64,000 nucleotides of DNA from NCBI GenBank assembly GCA_010356995.1, contig ML996691.1, positions 998,174 through 1,062,173 on the forward strand, written 5' to 3'. The notes beneath the pieces are model-generated. The model saw only the letters and a program-made list of their open reading frames with translations. It did not search any database and had not been told where the DNA came from. Origin of the DNA: Trichodelitschia bisporula. Lineage: Eukaryota. Position numbers and translations under genes: made by a program. Shown one piece after another: positions 50,600 through 62,698 of the stretch (position 1 is its first letter; every line of letters begins with the position of its first letter).

Positions 50600-51821
50600 C
50601 GGTTTGGTCCCACAACCTCCTCCCGCTTAGTATCTCGCCCATGCCTTTTTCTTAGCCTTCCGCTCCGGCTGGATACGCCTCGACTAGGGTCGCGGCCCCA
50701 GAGTGAGCGTGTTGTCGGGAGCAGCAATGACGTCTACCGAGTCCGGTTCTTCTCTGCAGACATCTTCTATAATTTCGGAGGCAGCCCTCTTGAGTCCACG
50801 GATATGGTCACACCCGAGTTGCTTCCAAAATGCGAAAGTGAAATTGTGCTGATCGTGTCCGTGATCACTGGCGTACAATGGGGCAATCTGTTTGGCGGTT
50901 CGACAATCCATAGCCTGTTGTTTGAAGGGATAAGGTGGTTTCGGATACCCCCTTTCTACTCAACTTGCCAAAGATACTGCTTTGTACCCTTCCCCCGAGA
51001 TGACGCCGTGAATGAGAATTTCATCAGGAAAAAGAGACTTGTCAGTCTAACCCTGTTTAGTGTGTTGACGGGGAAAATGCTGTTAGAGATAATCCTGGTG
51101 TCAACTATTGACATGTAGCAAGACTCTAAGTGACCCGCAAAATTCATCACGAAGTGAAGTTTCGGAGTCCAAGAGCTGAATTCCGTCACAGCATCCTTGT
51201 TGTGTAGCAGAGATGGTCAACGATCATGTGTCTGAAGTTAGGAATGTCCAAGGGCGATAAATGACCTCCTCCCCATAGGAAGGCGAGGGGACGGATTTCG
51301 GTCGGCGTATTCAATCCAGCATAGCCACCGCCTGAGTAGGCGTGCCAGACTCTGATGAGGTATCTCGGTATATCTGCACCAGAGTCTGATCAAGCATTAG
51401 CTGACGATCCCCTAAACAGAATCGTCGGATTGCCACTCATTTCTTGCGCTTCCATCATCCGAACCAAGTAGGGGTCCTCATGGAAAGCCATCATAGTGGA
51501 GTTGACGGAAAACGACAACTCCGATAATGATGTCTGTAGCCTGGACTTGAAATACTGAACGAAACTTGGTGATCTTAGAAATCCGAATGATGAAGCGGTG
51601 AGAGGAGTGAGAAGACTGCGGATGGATACATTTTCTCGCAGTTGCTTCATGCTTTTTAAAGGCCACCACCAAGGCTTCATCCAGGTCTGATCAGTGGGAA
51701 ACATGTTCTGGAATCTACGAAGCCATGCGGTCTCCGGTGTGTGTATTGCCAGAACATGTTCGACTCTTTCTTCGGAGACTCTGGTCATATCGTGAATCTC
51801 ACCTGTGCACTGAGGTCGCAA
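50600..51821 (-). pseudogene. Pseudogene of a fungal ADP-ribosyltransferase-fold-like protein
   Basis: Reconstructed PRYLIRVWHAYSGGGYAGLNTPTEIRPLAFL..HL [frameshift] TEFSSWTPKLHFVMNFA..YMSIVDT [frameshift] PDEILIHGVISGEGYKAVSLAS*. At least two frameshifts and in-frame stops. Boundaries are approximate. Confidence 0.65.
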
Positions 51822-52598
51822 TAGGGGTCACACTTGAGAGCTCTGGGAAAGTGGATCGTGAATTCGGAATCTGATACTGACTGTCAGTGGAGAATCTGGG
51901 GATCATGTTTGGTACAACAAAACACAGAGACATGGCGATATGACAAAGAAGACAGCTTGAGGAAAGGAACTGTTTTCAACTTCATGATTTGCTTCGGAGA
52001 CGATTGCCTTTGTGAGGACGTTGGACGTCCATGTATACTCTAGTAGGCCGAGTAATCATGAACTGGCCGCATGCTGATAAGAATAGGACACAGGGACGTG
52101 GCAGTCTACCGTAAACAAGGAACAGGGAGAGAAGAAATGGAATGCCGTTGACTTGATGAGTTGCTTCAAAGGTGATTGTCTATGGGGACGTCGGACGTCT
52201 TCTCCTTTGATATTCCAGCAGGCTGAGTAATCATGAAGTGGTCGCGGAGAAAGGGCTGCAGGGGACAGCAAGCGATCCGTGTGCTTTAACACTGCCTCTT
52301 CCTAGGGGGAGCGGAAGACGTGGGGGGGGGAGGGGTGGAGCGGAGCGGAAAGGAGAGTCGGTGGCATTCGCGCGTATCAAGCGAGTGGGGCGACACTTTG
52401 CCTGTACGAATGGCCACCAATGCATTTGTGCAATTCGATCCAATAGGCCAGACCACCGACACCTCCAGCACGGCATAACGGCATATTCACGCGCTTGCGC
52501 GAGGCCACTTTCTGTGTGTGTATGTGCCGGGAAGCGCGGAGTACGCCGTACAATATCCGTATACTGATCGTATTCGACTTTCGACGCGCCAGATGTAA

Positions 52599-54175
52599 AT
52601 GGCCATCATGAACGATTCCCCCTTCCTTCCCCAGCAGCAGCAGCAGCAGCAGCAACACGTTCATCATCTCTCGGCTTCTTTACCTGACGGCCTCGATCCC
52701 TCCGGAACTCTTTCCCCTTCGCCTTCGCTACATCACCAGCAGCTCTCACCGCATGCCTTCCACCAGCAGCAGCTACAACAACAACAACAGCAACAACAAC
52801 AGCAGCAGCAGCATCAGCATCAACAACAGCAACATGCACAGCAGCAACATCAGCAGCAGCACGCTCAGCAGCAAGCACAACAGCAGGCGCAACAACAGGC
52901 CCAGCAACAACACCAGCAGCACCAGCTTCAACTACAGCAACAACACCTCCACCAACAACAGCAGGCGCAACAACATCAACACCACCAGCAACAGGCACAG
53001 GCACAGGCGCACCAGCAACAACAGGCACAGCAGGCAGCGCAACAGCAGCAGCTCCAACACCATGCCGGCGGGTTCCCACCTCATGACCCTCGCAGTGTGA
53101 CAGCCCAAGCACACCCAGCCCAGCAGCAGCAGCCCAACCCGCACGCCCAGCGCTGGAATGGCGTCGCCCCCCCCTTCCCCGTCCACTCCCATATGCACAA
53201 CACGCCCAACTCCGCCGCCCAAGGTCCTCCCATGATGCAGCCCCCGCTCCACCAGCCGATGCCCCACCAAATGCAACAGCACCAGCAGCAGCTTCCTCCC
53301 CGCAACTCCATCCCTGGTAAGTCACCTCGAATCCGCTCACCAGTCACCGATCGCAACTAATCGCATTTGCGCCCACCCAAGGCCAGCAGCAATTCTTTCC
53401 CCCACCGCCCTACGTCGACGGCGCCTTGCCCGCGCCGCCCCCGCAACAAAAAACCCCCACGCCATACGAACTCGCCGGCGCCACGCCCCCGCGTAACCTC
53501 TCCCCCTACGAGTACAACGGGACGCCGCAGCCCGGCGCCCCACAAGGAACTCCCCAGGCGCAGTACGCACCGAATCCCTCACCATCTCACCCCAACATGG
53601 CAAACCCCGCACAAGCCGGCCAGCTCGCGCGACCTCCCACCGCTCCTCAACCCCCGCAAACACCCGAGTCGCTCGCACGCGACGCCGAGCGCGTCCAGGT
53701 CCTCCTGGATATCAACCTCGTGCTGCTGCAGGAGCTGTCCGCGCTGCAGGCGCAAGGGAAGGGAGGCAATGTGCAGCAGCCGCAGCCGGGGAAGGCAGAG
53801 GACGGGGCGGAGCGACCTGCGAGCAAGGAGTATATCGAGTGCGTATAGCGCCGCGTGGTGCGGGGTCTTTGCTAACGGGATAGGTACTTGCGGCGCATGC
53901 AGGCGAATTTCGCATGGCTGGCGCCACATGCGGAGCGCGCGCAGAAGCCCGGGCTCGTGGTCCCGCCCGGTCCGGCGATTGTGAGTATCCCAGCGGGCCC
54001 GCCGCAGCTGGTGGAGCTGTATACGCGCCTTCAGGCGCTGTTTCCGGGCTGGAAGGGCCAGATGCAGGGTAAGGGCCCGGGTCCGGGGAGTGTTACTACG
54101 CCGACGAATTCGGCGCCGCAGAACATGCAGCAAAACATGCAAGGACAGCCTCAGGGTGGGATGAAGTCGGGATAG
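52599..54175 (+). CDS. PolyQ/Pro-rich protein with C-terminal SS18/SSXT(SNH)-like domain, 2 introns
   Basis: Introns 53317-53381 and about 53839-53883 join the Q/H tract to VQVLLDINLVLLQELSALQAQGK...EYIEYLRRMQANFAWLA. Confidence 0.75.
52633..53056 (+). repeat. CAG/CAA trinucleotide repeat encoding polyQ with His/Ala
   Basis: Mixed CAG/CAA/CAC/GCA codons in frame: a short run at 52633 and a long run at about 52761-53056. Confidence 0.95.
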
Positions 54176-54776
54176 TAGGTCATGTTTCGGGTGCGCTTTT
54201 GTTTCTTTCGTGTCTTGTACCAATACCACGGAGTGGGCTACAAGGATAAAACGGCGGCATATATCAGGTGCTTTGTATTTCGTTCTCTTGTCTTGGTCGA
54301 GTGGTTCTGCTGTGAAGTTCTTTTGGCTCTGAGGGATGATGTCTTGATATCTGGATGGTTCTTTGGGCGAGTCTTGGGATTTTGGCTAGCACGACTGCAA
54401 GATGGACGGTTGGAAGTGGCGCAGAGAGCGTTAGCTCCACATTTGCCATATCAAGCGTGCAATTGGTGCAAACTTCGGGACTACGATGAGGCTGAGGCAA
54501 GCTTCGCTAGGGATCTCAGAGGTTGGATGTGAGCTTCAAGCGCAAATGACGTTATGAGGGAGACATCAGCTTCTACCATCCAGACATTACTGAGTACAAG
54601 AAGCGCAATGCACCATTGCCCATCCACATATCCTGCAGGAACCAGACGCCGTGTCCAGAGCCCATTCCACGCCGTAAGGCTGTGGAACCGCAAAAGCGCC
54701 GATCTGCAATCCCAGATGCTCCCTAACGCCGCCCACGAGCAACACGCGAACAGCAAAATACCGCCCCTTCGCCCAT

Positions 54777-57015
54777 CTATTGCACCTGCTCCGCATACCT
54801 CTCAAAAAACTCCAGCGTCATAGCCGCCAGAAAACATGGCACCTGCCCCTTCGTGTCCACCCAAAACTCAATCAATCCCCTAATCTCGCGCGCAAACTCG
54901 CTCTGCGGTCCACCAGAAACCTTCATTGTGCCCGCCTCACCATCGAAAATGATGTAATTATCATCCGCCTCGGCGTCGTCCGATGCAGACGGGTAGTACA
55001 TGCTCGTAGCCTTGACGCGCCCGTTAGGCATGAAATCGAGTTTCCACCCGATGAGACTGAAAACCACGTCGCGGAACTCGCCTGCCTTCGCAGCGAATAT
55101 ATCCGTCAGCCGCTTGATTTTCTTATCCCGGCTCGCGATCGTGGTGTCCCGCTCGGCGAGTTTCAGTTCCATGGCTTCCAGGCTGGCCAGCGGGACAAGC
55201 GGGTGGCCCACCCCGCCACCGTCACCTGTGAGTAGTGCCTTGAGCGACGCATTCTCCGCGCTAAGCGCCGTAAGCGTGCTCTGCTTGATCGCCGCAGCAG
55301 CGTTGGTCGGATTGTCACGCAGCTCGAGGACACGCGTGCGGGACGCGGCTTTCAGCGCCGACAACTGGCTGGACTTAGCCTTGAGCTCGCGCTCCAAGAC
55401 GGATATCCGGGTCGTCTGCTCCGCGAGCTTATCCTGCAGATGGCGGGATTTGCGAAGGAGCTCGCCGAGGCGTTCGTCGGCGCCCTCGTCGTTCTCGAGT
55501 GGACGCTTGGAGCCAGTTTGCGGTCCTGATGGCTTGGAGTCTGGGATCTCGATCTTGGTGAGCTCGTCGTGGAGTTTCGCAGCGTCTTTGCGCGACTCGT
55601 CGAGTAGGTCCTCTAGGCTCTTGATGTGGGCGGCGCATTGCGCGGTGTATTGCTCAGGGTGAAATTCGGCGACTTCGCCGTCAAAGGCCTTCAGTTGCGC
55701 GCGCAGGAGCTCGACCTCCTTCATAGCGAGGTCACGCGCTCGCTCAAGGCGGGCGCGGACGCGTGCATCAGCTGGGTTATCGGGCGGCTGCGCTTGTGGC
55801 GCTTGCTTCGTGAGGTCGGCGCGGAGCTGGGCGTTGAGTTCTTCGAGATGGCGGATGGCGGCGTCTTTAACGGTAAGTTCAGGCTTGATGGCGCCGAGTT
55901 GGTCAAGGAGGGAGATGCGCTCGACACGCTCCTGCATAAAGGCGCGGGCCATATCTTCAGGAGATTCGAAGCTGAATTCGCCTTCCGAGGGTTGTTGGCT
56001 CTCAAGGTAGGACTCCCAGGCACGCTTTTCGTCCTCGAGGACTTGGACGCGGTTTTGGGCTTCGGCGAGTTCCTGGCGTAAGTTGTCCATCAAGCGGAGT
56101 TTGCCTTGCAGGTCGCGCTTTTGCTCTTCCACCAGTTTGATGTTCATGCGGGTGTTGCGCAGCTCCTTGAGCTCTACTGACTGGGTCCGCTCCGAGTGTT
56201 CCAGCTTCTTGATGTAGGCAACCTGCTCCGAGAGCCGCTGCTTGATCACATCGTAACCATCAGCTTCGCCGGCGCGTGATTTGAGGCCCAGAACCTGCGC
56301 CTCGAGTTGGTGCACCTCCTCTTCCTGCTTCGTAAGCCGATGCTGAGCGGCCTGCAGAGCAGCCGCCCTGCTCTCGACTTCGCCGCGCAGCTGATCGATC
56401 ATCTGTTGCTGTGTGCCCTGCTTCGACTCGGCCTCCTGTGCCTGACGCTTGATCTCATTCTCCATCTGCCCAACCTGCTCCTGAATCTCCCCCATTTCCT
56501 CTTCCAGCGCCGAATATTTGTTCGAGACGTTCCGAAACTTGTGCTCGAGCTCGGCCTTCTCATTGACAGACCGTGTTTGCAGCTCGTTGAACTCGTGCTG
56601 CAGTGCCTGATTCCTGCGCGTTAGAGTCTTGACCGAAGTCTCGAGTTGCTATCCGCCATCAGCACATGCCCACTACAACAACACCAAACCCACCTGCGAT
56701 CTCCGGTACTCGTCGCTGAAGCGTTCCTCCGCGAGCCGCGCCTCGTCCACATGCTGCGCAACCGCAACCTCCTTGTCCCGCTTCAGCGTCGAGATTTCAT
56801 ATTCGAGAGAGTGGATGCGCGCGCGCAGGTCCTCAGTGCTCATCTCTGGCCGCGGGTTAGCTGTGCCCGTCCTACGGTGCAACCAACCAACCTATATCCA
56901 GGGGCCCGACCGAGCGCATCGCAATCGGCTGGTGTCGTGTCGAAGCCATGGGCGGGGGTGTGGGTGATGCGGCGCCCGCGAGGAAGTCGTACGTGGGCAG
57001 GTTGCGCGCGGCCAT
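54777..57015 (-). CDS. MAD1: Spindle assembly checkpoint protein Mad1, 2 introns
   Basis: Long coiled coil. Mad2-interaction region RVLELRDNP, and C-terminal EFRDVVFSLIGWKLDFMPNGRVKATSMY..VPCFLAAMTLEFFE. N-terminus MAARNLPTYDFLAG. Confidence 0.93.
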
Positions 57016-57248
57016 TGTAGGAGTGCTTTGTTCTCAAGAGGTTGAAGAGGGTTTGAAGAGACCACGATGATGGATATTATGGTGCCCGTAGATGGCGAAG
57101 AAGCAAAATGAGAGGCTGTGAGTCTGCGCGCTGGACATCGAAGTGAATGGCTTGGGGAAGTGGGTAGGGAATGATCGTAGTTGTCCTGAACGCGGTGAAA
57201 GTCGTCACGAAGGTGCCGCACGCACAGGCCACTGGCGCGGTCGCGAAG

Positions 57249-57264
57249 AGTATCACGTGATACT
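57249..57264. promoter_or_regulatory. 16-bp perfect palindrome with E-box, upstream of MAD1
   Basis: AGTATCACGTGATACT, about 235 bp upstream of the MAD1 ATG. Confidence 0.5.
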
Positions 57265-57643
57265 TTCAGCCCAATTCGGCAAGAACTTCAGACGGATTGC
57301 AAGTGTATGGCGGATGGTTGTCAAGGACGCAGCATTTAATTCACCGCGAGTGAAAACAAATTCAAAGGCAAGGAGCAATACTGCTAGGATATTTTAAGAC
57401 AAACTTTGAGCTGAACATTAAGAAGAGCCTGATTGTACACTTTCCATCCCGACTTTCCTTGTGCGCCTCCTGAAGATGACATCCCTGCATGCCGTACAAG
57501 TGACAAAAGGATCAAGGTCAAGACACGCCGCAAAAGCCAGACGAAGAGGCTGTCAGAGAGTCCCCGAAAACGAGAGGCCCGTTGTGCAGCAAGCGACGAG
57601 AGATGCCCCTACGGACGAAGGTCTCTAGTAGCTGAAGCAAACA

Positions 57644-58678
57644 TCAAGCAAACCTGTCTTCGCTCCCGTTGATACTGTGTCCAGCGTGGCGTGAAAGCTG
57701 TTTCTTGCGCGGACTGACTTCAGGAGGCTCTCTAGCTTCATGAGCCTTGATGACCTGGCGAATGAGCTCCGTAAGCTTGTCAACCTTTCGAGACAGCGCG
57801 GTAAAGTCCTGGATGCTGACGTAGTCGGGCTGCGGGCCAGAGTCAGGGCTAGCGGCCTCAACGATGGTAGACACAGTCGGGGAGTCAGGAAGGTCTGTGT
57901 AAGGGAACTTCTGCTTCTTGTCGCTCAGAAGACGAGTCAGACGGCGCTGGTAGTGTTGGTGCGCGGAGATGCTTGGATCACGCTGAGCATCATCTTCGGC
58001 AAGATTGGCCAGACGAGCCAAGTCACGCTCAAGATCCTGCTCAATGTCGTCATGCCAGTCGGTATGCTCGCGAACACCAGGCACTCCACGGAGGAGCTGG
58101 TCAGGAGGAGTGCGAGCACCCAGACCATGGGTATCAGCCTGGCTATGGTCGGTGTCTTCGTCAGCAGCCTTGGGGGCTGCCTTATGCTCTGTTCAGCAGA
58201 CATTAGCTTAACCGAACATCACTAGTGTATATTGGAAAGTACCTTTCGACGACAGAGGAGGACTGCTAAACTTGCTAGAGCAAGGCGGTGGCAGGAGCTC
58301 AATAATTTCATCGATCCGAGGAAGCCCGACCGTGGTAGCACGGTAGTGGCTCGCTGGGGTGCAGCTACCAGGAGTGTTGGTGACAGGCGTGTTTTGAGGA
58401 ACGTAGGTATCCATCTCGTAGAAGAGACCTGGCGAGTCCAGCTGCAGCTTGTTGAAGCGCTCTTCGACCGCGCGTAAGTCAACGGGCTTTCGCAGCGCTT
58501 CCTCGGTACTGTTTATAACGGTCTGCGCGGGAGTGTTCTGTGGACCGCCAGGGGAGTTGTACACGCTCTCGGTGCGAACGCTTTCAGCACGAGTGCTCTC
58601 AGCACGAGGGCGCGACGACCGCCGGCTGTTGGCACGGCTAAACGCCGGATCCGAGACTGGGCTTTGAGGCTCCATCAT
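57644..58678 (-). CDS. Hypothetical Ser/Pro-rich protein, 1 coding intron (58189-58242) and probable 5'UTR intron
   Basis: A GTACTT..GCTAAT..CAG intron joins the 156-aa and 146-aa ORFs in frame. No recognisable domain. Confidence 0.6.
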
Positions 58679-59230
58679 CTCGGAGTTATCACTCGTCGAG
58701 GCACGTAAATCTTTTGGAAGTTAGCTATGCGTCAGGATCGGTGCTTAACTTGAACTTAAGGTGATGTACAGCGCAGGAAAGACATAAAGGACGTAGGAAC
58801 GTACTTGTAGGCTGATGAAAAGAGTGCTGACGCGAAAAGTTTGGGTGAAGATGAAGAGTTGCTTAGCCAGCAAGGAGGTGGATGGAGTTTTTGAAAGTGT
58901 ATATCAACTGCCAAAGTGCGGGGCAATGCGGGGTGGGGTCCTTCGTGGCTTCCGGATTAGGGGACTTCAAGGGGAGGGGAGGAAGGGAAGCGGGGGGAGT
59001 GGTTGACCACGAGGTGGTGACTACCTCCGTTTGAAAGGTTCGAGGGAAGGTCAAAGTTGCGTGATTAGTCTTCCGAGTCTCGAATGGGATGGGATAAATA
59101 GTGCCAGCCATGTCAAAGTGCTACGTCTCATTTGGCCGCTCATATGAAGTCTCAACTGCTAGATAAGTGCGAAGCGCGGAGCACATGTGCGTATCTAGAC
59201 GGACACATACCGTGAATCAGTGTGTGCTTA

Positions 59231-60264
59231 TCAAGCATCAACGTTAGCATTCCTACGATGGACACCGCTTCCTGACTGAGATGGTTCGTTAGACGGAGTG
59301 CGAAAAACTGAGGTAGAGGATGGTAAATCGTGCAATGAGACGCCAGAAATTGCTTCCAGGCTGCGACGAGCGGTGCTGTGAACCGATGTAGATGAACCCT
59401 CGGTGTCCCCGCGACTTGAACTCCGTCTGAGAAGCTTCTGCTTAACCCACGGGCGTAGATTGTAGTATCCGCCGCAAACAAAGACTCCACACCAGAGGAC
59501 AAACTCCACGCCGTAAATGACCATCCCCAGAGGGTCTAACGGCGGCTGGAAGAACACGGAAATCAGGGAGAAGACGTCTCCGGCGGCGTCGATGCCCACG
59601 AAGATAAACGATATGCCTCGGACGGTTCGATGTTTCCATATGTCGCGGTAGTGCTGGAGAACCCCCGCTGCCAACAGCGCCGCGGATAGCGCTGCCATCA
59701 ACTTCAAGGGCCAATCGACGCCTCTGGGCCTCGCTATACGAAGACCAATAATCAGAGCAGCTTGTGTGGAACCCATTAGAATGGCTACCGGACAGACAAG
59801 CAGGAGGGCCCGCAGGACCGTCCACTTCTAAGATTCATTAGGTCCATGGGACACATCTGAAGGGGAAATTGCGAGGCCATACTCTTTCATAGTAATAGCA
59901 CTGGATCCAAGTCACCAGGCTAAGGAATGTAAGAATCTGCGGCTGGATTCTCAAGCCTATGTTGAAGTTTTGAACTATGTTATAGACACCCAACGGCACT
60001 CCCGCCCACGCCCACAGCATCATCATGGACGGCTGGAGGCCGGTTGCATTGTGCCGCCGGTAATTGATGATGATCTGAGGGATGAGCTGCCTTGGTTAAC
60101 TCCGAGATATCTATCTGATTAATCCACCAAACCAACCTGTATAGACCAGCACACCTCCGGGACGTAGAGAGTTAGGATTCATGGTGGACTTCGGGTGAAA
60201 TGCGGCGATAAGAACTCACTGCCCCTAGAGTTCCCAGCACATTGGCAGCTATGGGTACGTCCAT
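59231..60264 (-). CDS. PQ-loop repeat membrane transporter, 3 introns including an 18-nt microexon
   Basis: MDVPIAANVLGTLGA-VCWSIQ-LIPQIIINYRRHNATGLQPSMMMLWAWAG, LRIQPQI, and second repeat VRGISFIFVGIDAAGDVFSLIS. Confidence 0.9.
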
Positions 60265-60684
60265 TTCAGGCACCAAAAGATTCTCGCAGCAAGGGAGGAT
60301 AGACGGGATTCAACGTAGGCGGCTCAGCCTAGCTGGTCGTTACTAGTTAATGATGAACCCTTGTGGAGTGGGAAGCCGTCGAACTGGTGGGGTCCCCGCT
60401 ACCTCCATCGTCTCCCTTCGGATCTGGGGCCGAAGAACTGCGCCACTGTTGTCAGCCACAGAAATTCTTCGAGAATGGTGAAGGTGGCAGCAGAAATCTT
60501 GGCAAGCCTGGGACGCTGGTCCCAGCAATAAGACCTTTGAAAATCCGCCCTAGAACAGTCCCCAACATCTCCACACCTTCAACAACCACACACCATTGGT
60601 TCTTCTTAGGACTTAGGACACTTCAGAAATTATTACCTAGTCCTTTCACTCGGTTCAGAGCGTCTCAGAGCCCTCATTGCCATC

Positions 60685-62255
60685 ATGGCAGACACCGCTC
60701 CTCCTGCCACTTCTGGCCCTCCCCCTCCGACCGACTCGAAAAAGCCCAAAGCCACACCCGTCAAGCCCGAGAAGCCCGATGAGGAGCAATACAAGGCGGA
60801 CGTCGAAAAGGCCGAGCGCGCTCATGCGAAGTCAATGGACACTTTGGTGAGTTTCAAGTCGAGCTGCTCTTAGGCGGTGCTAACTGAAGTCTAGAACGCC
60901 ATCAAGGCGAAGCTCAGTCTCGCACAGCCTCACAATAAGGACTCCCCCACTGCCAAACGCCAGGCTGAACTCCAGTCGAAGCTCTCCGAGATCCGCAAGC
61001 GCCAATCGGGCTTCAAGAACACTCGGCAGGAGACAATGGAGAAGGTCAAGAAGTTGGACGAGCAACTCAAAAGCCGCATCGCGGAGCACAAGGCCCTGCG
61101 TAGCAAGATTCCGTTCAAGTCAGTGGAGGAAGTTGACCAAGAGATTGACCGCCTTGAACGCCAGGTTGCTTCCGGCACGATGAAGATTGTGGACGAGAAG
61201 AAGATGCTCGCTGAAATCAGCAGCCTGAACCGCTTAAAGAAGAGCTTCCCCGCACTGGACAACAGTCAAAAGGGCATCGACGAAACCAAGCAGCGGATAT
61301 CGGAGCTCAAGAAGTCCCTTGACGACCCTGAGCAGAAGGCGCTTAGCGAGGAGGCCGCTGGTCTTCAGTCTGAGCTCGCCCAGATTCGGAAGGAACAGGA
61401 CGAGGTCTTCAAGAACCTGAACTCCCTTCGGGACGAGCGTACCAAGGCACAGGCCGAGCAGCAAGAGACGTTTCAAGCACTCCGTGCCGTCAAGGATGCG
61501 TACTTCCAGCAGAAGCGTGCGTTCCGCGACTACGAGCAAAAGGCCTTCCAGCAGCGCAAGGAGCGTCAGCGTGCCGAGCGTGAGGCTTTCGAGGCCAACA
61601 AGCGCAAGGAAGTTGCTGAACGTAAGCTCGAGGAAGCGAGCTCTCCCGCCTACCTCGATGAGATCCTCACCACCGAAGGCCTTATTCGCTACTTTGACCC
61701 GTCGGCTCTCCCCGCTAAGGAAATCACTGCCACTAGCAAGTTTGCTGCTACCGCTCAGCGCACGATCGATGACAGTGGCTTGAAGGGCACTCGTCTGGCC
61801 AAGAAGGAGGATGAGGACTACTTCGCTCCTACTGGCGGCAAGAAGAAGAAGGGCAAGAAGGGCGGAGCTTCCGCCGCTGCTTCGGAAACCAAGTTCAACT
61901 TGAGCATCGGTGTCATCGAGGAGCTTGCGAAGGTCAAGGTCAATGCTCCCGCTAGCCAGGCCGACGTTCCCGGCGTCGTCAAGCAGCTTCAGGAGAAGTT
62001 GGAGTTTTGGAAGGAGGACCAGGACCGCAAGACCAAAGAGGTATGTTATTACTCTATCCGGCAGATTTGTACTAACCGGTTCAGAATATCGCGAAGGCCC
62101 AGAAGGAGATTGATCGCCTCGAGTCTGAGGAAGCCGGCGCGAATGGCAACAAGGAGGCGGCGGCTACGAACGGTGCTGCTGCTGCGGACAAGAAGGACGA
62201 GGCTACCGAGGTTGCGGAGAAGGTCGAGGAGGTCACCCTCGAAGATAAGGAGTAA
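60685..62255 (+). CDS. BFR1: Nuclear segregation / mRNP protein Bfr1-like, 2 introns
   Basis: KPEKPDEEQYK, IPFKSVEEVDQEIDRLERQVASGTMKIVDEKKMLAEISSL, AYLDEILTTEGLIRYF and FNLSIGVIEELAKVKVNAP. Confidence 0.88.
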
Positions 62256-62698
62256 CCCGCTACCGTGTCTGGTTTCTCATTTCCTGTTTCTCTTAAGATA
62301 ACCCTTGGGGCATTGCGAGCTTGTCCCGTTCTATCCTGTATTTCTCTTAGAGTTAACCTCAAAAGCTAAACGAAATAATGCGAGGATCTGTGAGATATAT
62401 CTGCCCTTGAGGGCATTGTGTTCTGGTTTTCTGGCCGCTTTTCATGGGAACTGTACTCTACAACGGTTACCACAAGTCGCAGCATTTCCTTTACTGGACG
62501 AAGTCCGGTGCGCGAGCACCGCCTCCACAATTGAATAGCCGCTCATGCGCGGTTCATGATCTCATGGCATACATAAAAGAAAACGAGTGAGTGTGAAGCC
62601 ACCACAAAAGACGAAAGACAAATCCCCCGAGCTCCTGATCCCATGCACATGCAAAATCTACATCTCAGTCCCTGGCACCGCGCCGAACGGTCTGGCCT

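Noticed and set aside
52606..53340. 244-aa Ala/Val-rich antisense ORF
   Set aside because: Shadow of the CAG/CAA polyQ exon.
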